Below, one piece after another: positions 1 through 10,248 of a stretch of DNA of 64,000 nucleotides (positions are counted from its first letter, which is position 1; each line of letters begins with the position of its first letter). The notes beneath the pieces were generated by a model. The model was not told the DNA's origin. It did no database searches and worked only from the letters and a program-made list of their open reading frames with translations. Both the position numbers and the translations under genes were made by a program. Source of the stretch: Candidatus Bathyarchaeota archaeon (GTDB lineage: Archaea; Thermoproteota; Bathyarchaeia; Bathyarchaeales; Bathycorpusculaceae); NCBI GenBank assembly GCA_963815095.1, contig CAWFFH010000003.1:928001-992000 (forward strand). The letters run 5' to 3'.

Positions 1-1
1 A

Positions 2-124
2 CACGCGCTTATTGTTGATGCCGGTTTAACAGAGATTCCAGAGGGCACTGTGACGTGTTTAGGGATTGGACCAGCGCCTACAGGCATGGTTGACCGTTTA
101 ACAGGTAAACTCAAATTGTTATAG
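2..124 (+). CDS. pth2: Peptidyl-tRNA hydrolase Pth2, C-terminal part (5' truncated by window)
   Basis: Manual translation [26 protein letters not shown]...LTGKLKLL*; DAGxTE and LGIGP motifs; directly upstream of truD. Confidence 0.9.
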   Translation, partial: HALIVDAGLTEIPEGTVTCLGIGPAPTGMVDRLTGKLKLL

Positions 125-132
125 GCGATTTT

Positions 133-1506
133 TTGTCTGTTCCCGAAATTGATAGGCTACTTGGCATGGAAGTTTACGCCACTAAAACCGTAGGTGTCGG
201 GGGTGCCATTCGGGAATCAGTCGAGGATTTTGTTGTCGAAGAGGTTCTTGTGGACGGATCCAAAGCTTTAGTAACTGGAGAGATTTCAAAGAAAGTTCTG
301 GGGTCTACGGATAAGAAACAACGTTATCTGCTATGTGTTTTGGTTAAACGCAACTGGGACACCTTCATAGCAGTAAAAAACGTTGCAAAATCATTAGGCA
401 TAGACCAAGCACGGGTTCAGTTTGCAGGAATCAAAGATGCCAAAGCAACCACTGCCCAACACATCTCAATCGAAAATGTTTCAATCGAGGACATAACTAA
501 AGTTAATGTTAAAGATGTAGAGGTTCAACCTATCGGTTACGTCCGAGAAATGCTCTCACTATTCTATCTGTTGGGCAACAATTTTACAATAAACATAAAA
601 GCCATAACTGAATCCGAGGAAACCGTTAAGGAAAATATTGCTCAAACAATTCAGCACCTCGAGGGAGTCGGCGGAATTCCAAACTTTTTTGGTCACCAAC
701 GCTTCGGAACCACCCGCCCTATAACGCATTTGGTAGGAAAAGCGCTTATTCAGGGTGATTTTAAGGTTGCTGCAATGCTTTTTTTGGCTAAACCCAGTTT
801 GTACGAGCATCCAGCGTCAAGGCAAGCCCGCCAAAACCTCCAGGAAACTGGTAATTTTAAGTATGCTCAGGAGAATTTTCCCAAGCAACTCCGTTTCGAA
901 CGAATGATGCTTAACCATTTAGCTGATAACCCGGATGACTTCGTTGGTGCTTTTCAAAAGTTGCCAGTCAAACTTCAAGCGCTCTTTGTCCAAGCTCACC
1001 AATCTTATTTGTTTAACCGTTTTCTGAGCGCGCGAGTGAAGCATGATTTGGCTCTTAATGAGGCTTTAGAGGGGGATTACGTGGTTGGTGTTGAGCGTTC
1101 TGGTTTACCTCTGACGACGGTAGCTAAGGTTGTGGCTTCTCAAAACTTGGCGGAGGTTAATGTTCAGGTTAAGGCTGGACGGTTGCGTGTTGCTCTTCCG
1201 ATTTTTGGAGTAAAACAGAAGCTCTCTCTTGGCGTCATGGGGCAAATTGAGCGTGAAGTTCTTGATCAGGAAGGTGTGGAAGTGGAAAACTTGCGATTTA
1301 ACATTTTATCGAGAATGGGAGGAAAAGGAGGTTTACGTACCGCTGTTACTCCAATTAAAGGCTTCAATTTGCAGGACGTCTCAACGAATCCAGATGGATG
1401 TGGTGTTCAAGCAAGGGTAAGTTTTATGTTATTCCGGGGTTCCTATGCAACAATCGTTTTAAGGGAAATTATGAAGCCGACCGACTTGATTGCTGCTGGC
1501 TTCTAA
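133..1506 (+). CDS. truD: tRNA pseudouridine(13) synthase TruD
   Basis: FAGIKD catalytic motif, PNFFGHQRFG, GSYATIVLREIMK. Confidence 0.95.
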   Translation: MSVPEIDRLLGMEVYATKTVGVGGAIRESVEDFVVEEVLVDGSKALVTGEISKKVLGSTDKKQRYLLCVLVKRNWDTFIAVKNVAKSLGIDQARVQFAGIKDAKATTAQHISIENVSIEDITKVNVKDVEVQPIGYVREMLSLFYLLGNNFTINIKAITESEETVKENIAQTIQHLEGVGGIPNFFGHQRFGTTRPITHLVGKALIQGDFKVAAMLFLAKPSLYEHPASRQARQNLQETGNFKYAQENFPKQLRFERMMLNHLADNPDDFVGAFQKLPVKLQALFVQAHQSYLFNRFLSARVKHDLALNEALEGDYVVGVERSGLPLTTVAKVVASQNLAEVNVQVKAGRLRVALPIFGVKQKLSLGVMGQIEREVLDQEGVEVENLRFNILSRMGGKGGLRTAVTPIKGFNLQDVSTNPDGCGVQARVSFMLFRGSYATIVLREIMKPTDLIAAGF

Positions 1507-1568
1507 AGGGTTAGCGGTATGCTGATAAGCAAGCGATTAATTCAATATTTGTTAGGAAGCTTCCTTTT

Positions 1569-2132
1569 ATGGAAAATGAACCGCCGCGTCAATGTGTCAT
1601 TCCGATTCATAAACCAAGCAATAGGGAATTAGCATTCTTTTTTGCTTCAGGCATACTGGTTAGTATTCCCTTTGCTTTGTTCTTTTCCCAGTTCTACACT
1701 TACTTCCCTGCGGTCATCGCTGTAATTATTTTGGCTCCCTTTATCGAGGAGATAGCGAAGGTTTTTCCACTTTTCTACAGGCATGGCGAAACCGAGCGAT
1801 CATATGTAACATTGGGAATTCTGATTGGTTTAGGTTTTGGCATTTCAGAATTTGTCCTCTACGTCTTCTTTTTGGGCGTACCCTTCGTTGCTCGAATACC
1901 TGGTGTTGTCTTTCATGCTTCAAGTGCAGCCATTACCGCTTATGGCATAGCTAAAAAGAACCCGTTACCTTACTACTTGGTTTCTGTGTCGCTTCACATA
2001 GCCAACAATTTTGTTGCTCTTTCAGGTTTACTCATTTTTGGGAGTATAGGTGAATTGCTGATTTTAATTACAGTTTATCTGTTAGCTTGGCGGTTTTATC
2101 GTCAGGCTTCAAAAGACAAAATGGTTGTTTAA
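1569..2132 (+). CDS. PrsW-family intramembrane metalloprotease
   Basis: Multi-TM; EEIAK, GFGISE, FH and LH..NN motifs. Confidence 0.8.
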   Translation: MENEPPRQCVIPIHKPSNRELAFFFASGILVSIPFALFFSQFYTYFPAVIAVIILAPFIEEIAKVFPLFYRHGETERSYVTLGILIGLGFGISEFVLYVFFLGVPFVARIPGVVFHASSAAITAYGIAKKNPLPYYLVSVSLHIANNFVALSGLLIFGSIGELLILITVYLLAWRFYRQASKDKMVV

Positions 2133-2692
2133 CAGACTCGGTCGGTTCTAGCCAAGTCTCTGAGCCTGTTAACCCCATCAATTTCCAAAATAAAGTCTGA
2201 CACGCTTTTGGGCACAAGTTCTGTCCAACTGTCATCTTTGACCATTTTTTCACGTACCACGGTGGACATGTAGACTTTTCTTTCGAAAAGTGGGATGGTT
2301 TTGACTTCGTAGCCTGCTTCCATGAAAAGTCTCTTGGTCAAGGGTTCGTTGGAGAAGAGAACGTTGAATTTTGGTGTGTAACCTTCGACGGCGCTGACCC
2401 ATAACATGTGCAAGTGAACGTCAGGTACAGGAACAATCCACAGTTTAGAGTCAGGTACCCCAGCTTCCATTAAAGCCTGACGAACCATGACGAGTCTCTC
2501 GCCTGCTGTAAATGGGTTGTTGACGTTATGGCTGTACTGGGCGCTGCCGATAACGACCACAAGTTCATCAACCTCGTTTAATGCATACTTTATTGCGTCT
2601 AGGTGTCCTAAATGGAATGGTTGAAATCTTCCAACGTAAAGACCTCGATTAACCACGGTGCTCACTTGCTTTGACTGGGGGCTCGCATGCAT
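2129..2692 (-). CDS. nadM: Nicotinamide-nucleotide adenylyltransferase
   Basis: GRFQPFHLGH, NPFTAGER; true start may be a few codons downstream of the ORF start. Confidence 0.93.
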   Translation of the reverse strand: MHASPQSKQVSTVVNRGLYVGRFQPFHLGHLDAIKYALNEVDELVVVIGSAQYSHNVNNPFTAGERLVMVRQALMEAGVPDSKLWIVPVPDVHLHMLWVSAVEGYTPKFNVLFSNEPLTKRLFMEAGYEVKTIPLFERKVYMSTVVREKMVKDDSWTELVPKSVSDFILEIDGVNRLRDLARTDRVC

Positions 2693-2713
2693 TTATGATT
2701 TGTGCAACGATAC

Positions 2714-3298
2714 TTAAGCGAAACCTTTGAGAACATTTTCAACTGGGAAAACCCAAAGTTCTCCACCATCGACAGAAATATTTTTTGAATCAACAAACCC
2801 TCGCTTTTCCCTGCCTAAAAGTTGCATCTTGACTTTCAAGCCAAAACCATAACCGCCTAGCCTAAAATCTGCCTTAACGACTCTATGGCAAGGAACGATG
2901 GGTGCAAATGGATTGGATGCCATGATGTTTCCGACGGCTCTGGGTCCGCCGCCGACGGCTTTGGAGATTGCGCCGTAAGATGTTACGTAGCCAAGTGGAA
3001 TTGTTGAGGTTGTTTTGAGGACTTTTTTGGTGTAAGGGGGCAAGTGGGATGTTGCCAGAGGTAGGTCTGATTCAACGCTTTTTCCTTCGTAGATGTTCTT
3101 CAAAGCTGTAAGCATGTTTTTGGCGGGGGCTGTGGGTTCGTGGAAAACTTGAAAAGGCAAATTGAATGGCACGTTGCCTAAGATGTTACTTAATGCTGTT
3201 TGCTGGTTTGCTCCAAAAGATGAAGTTACGATTTGTTGCTTGTTGACTGCGACTGCAAACCACGTATCTTCGATGTTTTGAGCGTAGATTTCAATCAT
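2714..3298 (-). CDS. ogt: Methylated-DNA-protein-cysteine methyltransferase
   Basis: RAVG and NP...VPCHRVV active-site motif. Confidence 0.92.
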   Translation of the reverse strand: MIEIYAQNIEDTWFAVAVNKQQIVTSSFGANQQTALSNILGNVPFNLPFQVFHEPTAPAKNMLTALKNIYEGKSVESDLPLATSHLPPYTKKVLKTTSTIPLGYVTSYGAISKAVGGGPRAVGNIMASNPFAPIVPCHRVVKADFRLGGYGFGLKVKMQLLGREKRGFVDSKNISVDGGELWVFPVENVLKGFA

Positions 3299-3333
3299 TC
3301 TGCTCTTCCTTCATTGAAGAAAGTATGTGTTTG

Positions 3334-3504
3334 TTAAAAGTTTCTGCGGTAAAAACCTGCTCCGCTTGAGCAATCTATGCATGTTCCAACCAACTTTACA
3401 TTATCTTCTGTGGGTTTAGCTTGTAAGAAGCTTTTTGGGGTAACGGTTACGTAACCGAGGGGGTTGCCACATTTTTGGCACCTTAACGGTTTAGACTCAC
3501 TCAT
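3334..3504 (-). CDS. Small zinc-finger protein (56 aa)
   Basis: MSESKPLRCQKCG...CIDC, two CxxC pairs; start at ATG 3504. Confidence 0.65.
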   Translation of the reverse strand: MSESKPLRCQKCGNPLGYVTVTPKSFLQAKPTEDNVKLVGTCIDCSSGAGFYRRNF

Positions 3505-3585
3505 GAAAGCCACTTCGCTTACTCTATAATGGTTATAAGTAACCTTAATAATTTGTCTTGTGTATATCAAGAAAAGGCGAAAATT

Positions 3586-4284
3586 ATGGAAGGTTATGGA
3601 CCACAATTACCAACTTTACCCAATATTCCACAAATCCAGCTAATGCCGCAGGAACAACAGCAAGCTCAAGGCAACCAAGCCCAGCAAGGCGGCGGATGGA
3701 TGCCTGGTGCAACCACAGTTGGTGCCATCTTCAAAGATGGAGTTATCTTAGCTTCAGAAAAAAGAGTAACATATGGTAACTTTATCATGAGTAAAGGCGG
3801 CAAAAAAGTCTTCAAAGTAACAGACCGCATCGGCGTTGCATGTGCGGGACTTATTGGAGACATGCAGATTCTTGCCAAAGAAATGCAGGCGCAAGCTAAC
3901 CTCTTCAGCATGGATGTTGGAAGACAAATTAGTGTGCGTTCAGCAGCGAAACTTTTGGCTAACGTATTATTCAACCGCAGATACTCGCCATTGTTTACTC
4001 AAACAATTGTTGGCGGCTTAGATGAAGAAGGCGGATCGCTTTTCGTGCTTGACGTCTTAGGCTCCTTAATTCCTGACAAGTACGCAGTAGTGGGTTCCGG
4101 CACAGAAATCGCTATGGGAGTTCTCGAAGAAGGCTACAAAGAAACCTTGAGCCTAAAAGAAGCCAAAGATCTCGTTACTAGGTCAATAAAATCAGCAGTC
4201 AGCAGAGATTCCATGAGCGGTGACGGAATAGACTTCCTTATAATAACTAAGGAAGGCATCACTGAAGAATCCATAAAGTTTTAA
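3586..4284 (+). CDS. psmB: Proteasome beta subunit (Ala in place of Thr1, probably non-catalytic)
   Basis: GATTVG..GVILASEKR, AGLIGD, GSG, RDSMSGDG; Q/P-rich propeptide. Confidence 0.93.
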   Translation: MEGYGPQLPTLPNIPQIQLMPQEQQQAQGNQAQQGGGWMPGATTVGAIFKDGVILASEKRVTYGNFIMSKGGKKVFKVTDRIGVACAGLIGDMQILAKEMQAQANLFSMDVGRQISVRSAAKLLANVLFNRRYSPLFTQTIVGGLDEEGGSLFVLDVLGSLIPDKYAVVGSGTEIAMGVLEEGYKETLSLKEAKDLVTRSIKSAVSRDSMSGDGIDFLIITKEGITEESIKF

Positions 4285-4350
4285 CCACTTTCTTTTTTAA
4301 TTTTTTTTAGTTTATTTGGCGGTTCTGCGCCGTGCATAGGAAGGGATCGT

Positions 4351-4975
4351 ATGTCGTTTGAATTGACTGATGAAGAAGGAAAATTTTTAATCAATTTAGC
4401 TCGAAGTACAGTGAAACAATTTTTGGAAACTAGGTAAAGCTCCAAAACCGCCCAAAGAAACTCCAAAAAAGCTCTTTGAGCACTGCGGCGTTTTCGTAAC
4501 AATAAACAGCGTTAGTGGGGGCGAGAAGGAACTTCGTGGCTGCATCGGCTACCCGTACCCCACAAGTCCGTTGGTAGAAGCAGTGATTGACAGCGCTGTT
4601 AACGCTGCGACAGAAGATCCACGCTTTGAGCCCATGTCGCTAACAGAGTTGGATACAGTGGTTTTTGAAGTCAGCGTGTTAACACCACCACAACCCGTCG
4701 AAGTTGCCAACCCAAAAGAGTATGTGCACAAAATCAAAGTCGGCGAAGACGGCTTAATCATCGAACAAGGCTACCGCAAAGGCTTACTTTTGCCCCAAGT
4801 ACCCATCGAATGGGGTTGGTGCGAAGAAGAATTCCTCTGCCAATGCTGCATGAAAGCAGGCTTACCACCCGACAGCTGGTTAACCAAAAACACAAAAATC
4901 TACAAATTCAAAGCCATAATCTTTGACGAAGAAACACCAAATGGCGAAGTTAAACGCCTAAACCTAACAAAATAA
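4351..4975 (+). pseudogene. AMMECR1/TIGR00296-family protein, split by a +1 frameshift near 4432
   Basis: ATG 4351 MSFELTDEEGKFLINLAR..ETR*; the +1 frame continues GKAPKP..GVFVTI..LRGCIG..DPRF..GLLLPQV; may be a sequencing error. Confidence 0.85.
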
Positions 4976-4980
4976 ACCTG

Positions 4981-6120
4981 CTAGTCCAGCAGGGTTTCTA
5001 CAATTGAAACTGCCCTATCTAAGCCCTTAAACCTGTTCGAAAACTCGTTAACTAACCGCACGTTATTGTTGTAGGATTTCTTTTCACACTGCATTTTTTC
5101 GATGGCTTTTTCGAGTTGCTTCTTATTTTTTACAGTTATCGAACACTTTAGATCTTCGAGTTTAGCGGCGTTGCCTAACTGTTCGGGCTGGGTTGGGATG
5201 CAGATACTTGGTTTAGAGTATTTTATGGTTTCAAAACATGTCGCATGTCCGCCGCTGAATATTACGAATTTGGCGTTTCTCATAGCTTCTTGGCGTTCCT
5301 CGGGAGAGAGCCATGTGTGCAGTTCGCAGTTGCCAATTTTAGTTGAAACTTTCTTTCCGGGAGTTCCTAGACTTATGATGCATTTAGTTTTGAGTTTTTC
5401 AAGCACTGGAATGAGCGTTTTGGTGAGTTTTGCTCTTGTTCCAACGGGTCCACTTATTGCAGCATAAATATGCTCTTGAGAACCCTTAACAGGCGTCGTG
5501 TCGACGAATGCCCCAACATACTCAACATTTCCCTTTAGCCCTACTTGGTCCAAATTGCCAATACTGTACTCGGATACTGTGTAAGGCGGTGGGTTGTCGG
5601 GAATTATGATTTTTAAGCACTTTTTCACATATCGCTCAACGACCCGCTCGCCCGGGCTCAGAAAAGCCGAGAATCCATAACTTGGTCTTATCATGTTGGC
5701 GATGTAGACTGAGGGGATTTTCCATCTTTGAGCAAGGCGAAGCGCGTTTATGTCGCCGTCTGCAATGAGCATGTCTGGTGCGATATCATGGAGGTTTTCT
5801 CTTAGATCGTAGTAGCGGTGGATGGTTTCCATGGCGTTGGATTTCTTGAGTTCAAACCTGTTTTGGTCTGTGTTAAAGAGAGGAAGAGGAATGAGGAGGT
5901 TTAGTAGTGAAGCTGAAGTGATTATGCCATGTGCGTTTTCGTACCAGGAGACTGGTTGGCATTCGTAAACGTTCTTAAATTCATTCTTGAGCAGCTCGTA
6001 TGCTTTGCCTCCTGAAAAAAAGAACATTTCATGACCATTTTTCTCCAGCCGCTTCCCTAACGGAATGATTCGTGAAACGTGACCTAATCCGAGTTCGGAG
6101 CAGCTAAGGAGCAGTCGCAT
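4981..6120 (-). CDS. GT-B glycosyltransferase (MurG/GT28-like)
   Basis: GLGHVSR N-terminal motif; GGH, IP..PEQLGNA C-terminal motif. Confidence 0.8.
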   Translation of the reverse strand: MRLLLSCSELGLGHVSRIIPLGKRLEKNGHEMFFFSGGKAYELLKNEFKNVYECQPVSWYENAHGIITSASLLNLLIPLPLFNTDQNRFELKKSNAMETIHRYYDLRENLHDIAPDMLIADGDINALRLAQRWKIPSVYIANMIRPSYGFSAFLSPGERVVERYVKKCLKIIIPDNPPPYTVSEYSIGNLDQVGLKGNVEYVGAFVDTTPVKGSQEHIYAAISGPVGTRAKLTKTLIPVLEKLKTKCIISLGTPGKKVSTKIGNCELHTWLSPEERQEAMRNAKFVIFSGGHATCFETIKYSKPSICIPTQPEQLGNAAKLEDLKCSITVKNKKQLEKAIEKMQCEKKSYNNNVRLVNEFSNRFKGLDRAVSIVETLLD

Positions 6121-6216
6121 ACATCACACCTGTAAGTGCAAGATTATATTTGAACTATAGCTTGGTTCAACCAATGAAAGGCAAGCATTTTAAGCTCTAA
6201 ACCCAACACTACAATT

Positions 6217-7071
6217 ATGTTTATTCCACGAAAAATGGTCGAGGAGAAGCTCAAACAATTCCTCGCCGACGACATCGGATTGGGTGACGTAACGGCAGCA
6301 GCAGTTATTTCCCCAAATTTAGTCGTTAAAGCAGAGGTTATTACAAAAGAATCGGGAGTCGCTGCTGGAATTGAAGAAGCAAAAATTCTTGCTGAATGTT
6401 TAGGGTTGACCGTTAACGTTAAAGTTGTAGATGGCGAAAAAATAAAAAACCAACAAGTCTTGTTACAGATTTCAGGTGATGCCCAGACTATTCTCTCAGT
6501 TGAGCGGACTATGCTTAATCTTCTGTCGCGAATGAGCGGCATAGCAACCAAAACCCAAATGCTAACCGAGAAGCTTGAAAAAGCAAACGTAAAAACAAAA
6601 ATTGCAGCAACACGCAAATCCGCGCCTGGACTGCTTTACTTTGACAAAAAAGCTGTTGCCATTGGGGGCGGGGATCCGCATAGGCTGCATTTGGATGATA
6701 TGATTCTCATAAAGGATAATCATCTTGCAATTGTAGGAAGCGTTGAAGAAGCCGTTATGAGGGCTAAATCTCATGGCTCTTTTACAAAAAAAATTGAAGT
6801 CGAAGTCACAAAAGGTGAAGATGCTTTGAAAGCTGCAAAGCTGGGGGCAGACATCGTGATGTTGGATAATTTTTCTCCCAAACAAGCTAAAGCGGCAGGT
6901 GAAGCCCTCAGGAAAGCTGGGTTTGGCAAAGTGCTGCTTGAAGTAAGCGGTGGAATCACTGGTGAAAATCTGTTACAGTATGCGCAAGCAGAAGTTGATG
7001 TCATAAGCATAGGTGAGTTGACTCATAGCGTTAAGGCTCTTGACATAAGTTTAGAAATTGTGAAAAAGTAA
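6217..7071 (+). CDS. nadC: Nicotinate-nucleotide pyrophosphorylase (carboxylating)
   Basis: TRK, HR..L.D..LIKDNH, EVE, MLDN, SGGIT, ALDIS. Confidence 0.95.
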   Translation: MFIPRKMVEEKLKQFLADDIGLGDVTAAAVISPNLVVKAEVITKESGVAAGIEEAKILAECLGLTVNVKVVDGEKIKNQQVLLQISGDAQTILSVERTMLNLLSRMSGIATKTQMLTEKLEKANVKTKIAATRKSAPGLLYFDKKAVAIGGGDPHRLHLDDMILIKDNHLAIVGSVEEAVMRAKSHGSFTKKIEVEVTKGEDALKAAKLGADIVMLDNFSPKQAKAAGEALRKAGFGKVLLEVSGGITGENLLQYAQAEVDVISIGELTHSVKALDISLEIVKK

Positions 7072-7088
7072 GAAGGTTGTTTTCTTTT

Positions 7089-7640
7089 TTAGGCTACGAG
7101 ATTTATGAGCCAAACCTCAACTATGGCGCCAATGGCAAGCAAGCCCGCGCATGTTCCAATGAAGACTGCTGTCCACTTTAACTCCGCCCACCGCTGTTGA
7201 ATTAACCTTCTAAACAGCCAAATGCTCGAGGCCATCGCAATAGAGTAGGATAAGAATTCTAACCAGAACACAGGCGTCACAGTCAAGCTCGCTATACCAA
7301 GCCATACCGGGTAGCCATGCGTTATTGATATAGCGTTGAGGGCAACTCCAGTATCAAACAATATGAACATTCCCAGCGCAGCACCAGCGATCGGTATGAA
7401 CATCAACATGCAGATGGAGAAGTTGTTTATGAAAATGTATTGTGTCAAAGTGTTGGTAGCTTTGTTTTGGTTTAATGTCGCATTAACCTGGTTGCTCAGA
7501 GTTAACGCGTCATTCGAGCTGAGCGGAATATAACTTCCGATTATTGTGACTATGAAGGCAACTATGAAGATGGCGATAATCGAGTAAATTCGTTTTCGTT
7601 TGGGTGAAGCTTTCGTCCAAAAAGACAAATCCAATTTCAT
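7089..7640 (-). CDS. Stage II sporulation protein M (SpoIIM)-like membrane protein
   Basis: IFINN, LEF, GAIVE motifs; multi-TM. Confidence 0.7.
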   Translation of the reverse strand: MKLDLSFWTKASPKRKRIYSIIAIFIVAFIVTIIGSYIPLSSNDALTLSNQVNATLNQNKATNTLTQYIFINNFSICMLMFIPIAGAALGMFILFDTGVALNAISITHGYPVWLGIASLTVTPVFWLEFLSYSIAMASSIWLFRRLIQQRWAELKWTAVFIGTCAGLLAIGAIVEVWLINLVA

Positions 7641-7776
7641 TGCAAGGGTCCTTCGATTAACTTTTGCTCAAAAGTTACCTTTCGAATGACGCTTAAAAAC
7701 GTAACTCAACTATTAAGAATATAATCCCTGACAAGTAATGAGTAACATTAGAAAGCGTTGTTCATAGGCTTGGAGT

Positions 7777-8370
7777 TTAGAGCGGTATGGAGACTGCCCA
7801 GGTCTCAACGATTGCTCCAAGCGTAAGCAGCAAAGCAACCAGCCCGATTAATAACGCTGCGTTTTTGAGTTCTCTCCACCTGCGTTGCTTTAACCTCCGA
7901 AAAAGCCAGACGCTCTCCATCATGCCGATCGAGTAGGAAACGAACTCGAACAGGAAAGTCAATGCAATCAGAACCAAGACCAGAGTTGCTGTGGAAGCTG
8001 AGATGTTTTGGGTTGTTGTACTTGAAAAACCATTCGCGTTCGCGCTCACAACATCGAATATCGCTCTGAATGCTTGTCCAGAACTAAACATAATGAATAG
8101 ACCAATCGGTAACCCGGCAAGAGGAATGAACATGGCTAGGCAAAGCAAAAAGTTGTTTAAGAAAATGTTAGTTGCTAAACTGTTGGAGGCTTGACCTTGG
8201 ATGAGGGTTTGGTTGACCTGGTCATTCACTATCTGTTCTTCTTGGGGGCTAAGCGGAACAAGAACACCCACGACAGTAACTAAAATGGCTAACATGAAAA
8301 TGAAGAGGGTTGAGTAGATTCTTTTTCGCTTAGGCGAAGTGTTTTTCCAGAATGGCAAGTTAAGGTTCAT
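7777..8370 (-). CDS. SpoIIM-like membrane protein, paralog of 7089-7640
   Basis: Shares SPKRKRIYS, IFLNNF, GAIVE with neighbour. Confidence 0.7.
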   Translation of the reverse strand: MNLNLPFWKNTSPKRKRIYSTLFIFMLAILVTVVGVLVPLSPQEEQIVNDQVNQTLIQGQASNSLATNIFLNNFLLCLAMFIPLAGLPIGLFIMFSSGQAFRAIFDVVSANANGFSSTTTQNISASTATLVLVLIALTFLFEFVSYSIGMMESVWLFRRLKQRRWRELKNAALLIGLVALLLTLGAIVETWAVSIPL

Positions 8371-8390
8371 TCAATGGGGGCCTTCTAACG

Positions 8391-9089
8391 TTAGATTGGC
8401 TCTAATCTTAGAGCTCGAAAACCTCGTGCAATAGGGTTTAACGTTTCTGACAATTTAACCTTTTTTAAAACTCTTGATAAATCCGTGCTGAATCCGCGTA
8501 CATCATGCTCGTTTCCGATGAGCGAATAAAGATCAACTCTGTTACTGACGACTCTGGGCTGGCACATCAACGGTAACCCTAACAAAACACTTGTTTTCTC
8601 ATCTACCGCTTTTTGGGCAGCAAACAGAATTGCTTCTGCCCCAGCTGTCAACTCTGCAATCCGAACAGGCACGCTCTCTTTGCCAATAGCCAACATGTCT
8701 ATGTCGTGTAGTCGCTTGATTTCACAAGCAATTTTTCGGAGCTTTGGCAGAATCTTGAGGATGCTCTCTCGTCCCGTCTTTGATGCGCGCATGTTTAGAA
8801 GTTCAACAGGAGACAATTCCTCAACTGAAATTCCGCCCAAAGTTATATCCAAATGCACTACGTCCGCTTTCATTATATCCAGTAAGCTTCTGCAGAGTTC
8901 AGCTTCATGCACAATTATGTCAAACCCAGTTTCAACTTCGCGGAAAATTGGTTCAGCTAACCGAAAAGACGGTTCCCTATATGGCGGTTCAACCAATACT
9001 GCAACGGAAGCAACATGTAAAATTGGGTTGAAATGTTCATCTAAAATGGCTGCTGCGGAATCCGCTGAAATGACTTTCAAATCTTGCAC
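8391..9089 (-). CDS. DUF4152-like archaeal protein
   Basis: ADS.AAILD, EPPY, VHLD, AIGKESVPVRIAEL, NP.ARGF. Confidence 0.65.
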   Translation of the reverse strand: MQDLKVISADSAAAILDEHFNPILHVASVAVLVEPPYREPSFRLAEPIFREVETGFDIIVHEAELCRSLLDIMKADVVHLDITLGGISVEELSPVELLNMRASKTGRESILKILPKLRKIACEIKRLHDIDMLAIGKESVPVRIAELTAGAEAILFAAQKAVDEKTSVLLGLPLMCQPRVVSNRVDLYSLIGNEHDVRGFSTDLSRVLKKVKLSETLNPIARGFRALRLEPI

Positions 9090-9118
9090 CTAACCAAAAA
9101 TGAACGTTTGTGGGAGAA

Positions 9119-9751
9119 TTAGTTTTCCCTTTCACATTCACGTGCAGTCTTTAAGCCTAACGCTAAAAGGTACATTTCGCTGCTTTGTTGTCGGCTTGCC
9201 TGAGGCTTTACCAACTTGACTTCTTCAAACAGCGTTTTTATGTGTAGCGTGAAGTCGTTGAGTAGGTCGCCTTCGAAGACTTTGACAAAAAAGTTTCCGT
9301 TTGGGCGCAGTACGCATTGGGCAATTTCTAGGGCTTGGGTAGCTAAGTCTATTTGTCGTGCATGGTCGACTTCCCATACGCCTGTAATGTTTGGGGCTGC
9401 GTCACAGAGAACTACGTCTGCTTTGCGTGGAATAAACGAGAGGATTTGGTCGACCGTCCCCTGTTCTGTGAAGTCGGCGATGATTGTTCTGATATAATCT
9501 TGCGTGAAAGGTTCAATCGGCTTTAAGTCAATGCCTAAGACGAAGCCGTGTTTTCCTGTCATCTTTCTTGCTGCTTGAATCCAGCCGCCTGGAGCTGCAC
9601 CTAAATCAACAATTATGTCGCGTAATCTAATGAAGCCATACTTTTCGTTAGCTTGAATAAGCTTGTAGATGGATCGGCTGCGATAATTTTCTTCTTTGGC
9701 TTTCTTAAAATAATATTCGTTTTTTCTTTCATTTAACCAAGCTTTCGGCAA
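9119..9751 (-). CDS. rlmE: 23S rRNA (uridine-2'-O)-methyltransferase RlmE
   Basis: YRSRS.YKL, DLGAAPGGW, DAAPN, SSEMY; TTG start at 9751 assumed. Confidence 0.93.
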   Translation of the reverse strand: MPKAWLNERKNEYYFKKAKEENYRSRSIYKLIQANEKYGFIRLRDIIVDLGAAPGGWIQAARKMTGKHGFVLGIDLKPIEPFTQDYIRTIIADFTEQGTVDQILSFIPRKADVVLCDAAPNITGVWEVDHARQIDLATQALEIAQCVLRPNGNFFVKVFEGDLLNDFTLHIKTLFEEVKLVKPQASRQQSSEMYLLALGLKTARECEREN

Positions 9752-10178
9752 CGGAATCATCCTCAGGTAAATTCGGCTCTGATGTTGGGGAGCTTGGATC
9801 TTCAGGAGCAGCGGTGGCTGGTGCTGGCGGTTTTCCTAAGTTTAATATCCAATCTGTTAGTTTTGGGCAACTTTTCGGGGAAAGGGCAGTAGTTGGGTCG
9901 CAGCGTGCATTGTCTGGGCATAGTAGGCATGGGCAATCCACGATGGTTTCTATGGATGCAGGTAACCTTTTGGGGTAGAGCCTGTAGGTCCATCTGCCTT
10001 CTTGAAGTTCTTTTTCTCTGCGAATAAGTCCTTTCTCTTCTAATTTAATTGAGACGCGGGAACCTTCACGGCTGCTTGCGCCAAGTTCACGCCATAAATC
10101 TGACTGCAGTACACCCTGATAGCCTGTACCGACGACGTAGTGGAGTGCTTTCTGTTCAAGGTCATTACGCTTAGGCAT
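9729..10178 (-). CDS. Transcription factor E subunit beta (archaeal RPC34/RPC39 homolog)
   Basis: Winged helix (GVLQSDLW..SR..KLEEKGLI.R..GRWTY) plus CPCxxC-x5-C-x10-C Fe-S cysteine pattern. Confidence 0.8.
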   Translation of the reverse strand: MPKRNDLEQKALHYVVGTGYQGVLQSDLWRELGASSREGSRVSIKLEEKGLIRREKELQEGRWTYRLYPKRLPASIETIVDCPCLLCPDNARCDPTTALSPKSCPKLTDWILNLGKPPAPATAAPEDPSSPTSEPNLPEDDSVAESLVK

Positions 10179-10248
10179 TTATGATCAGTTCCAAATAATA
10201 CAGTAATATAAGCGTTGGATTCACATAAAAATATGTATCCCTAGTTAA

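Noticed and set aside
4431-4437. Possible pyrrolysine/selenocysteine read-through at the broken genes
   Set aside because: In every broken gene the downstream part is in a different frame, so stop read-through cannot join them.
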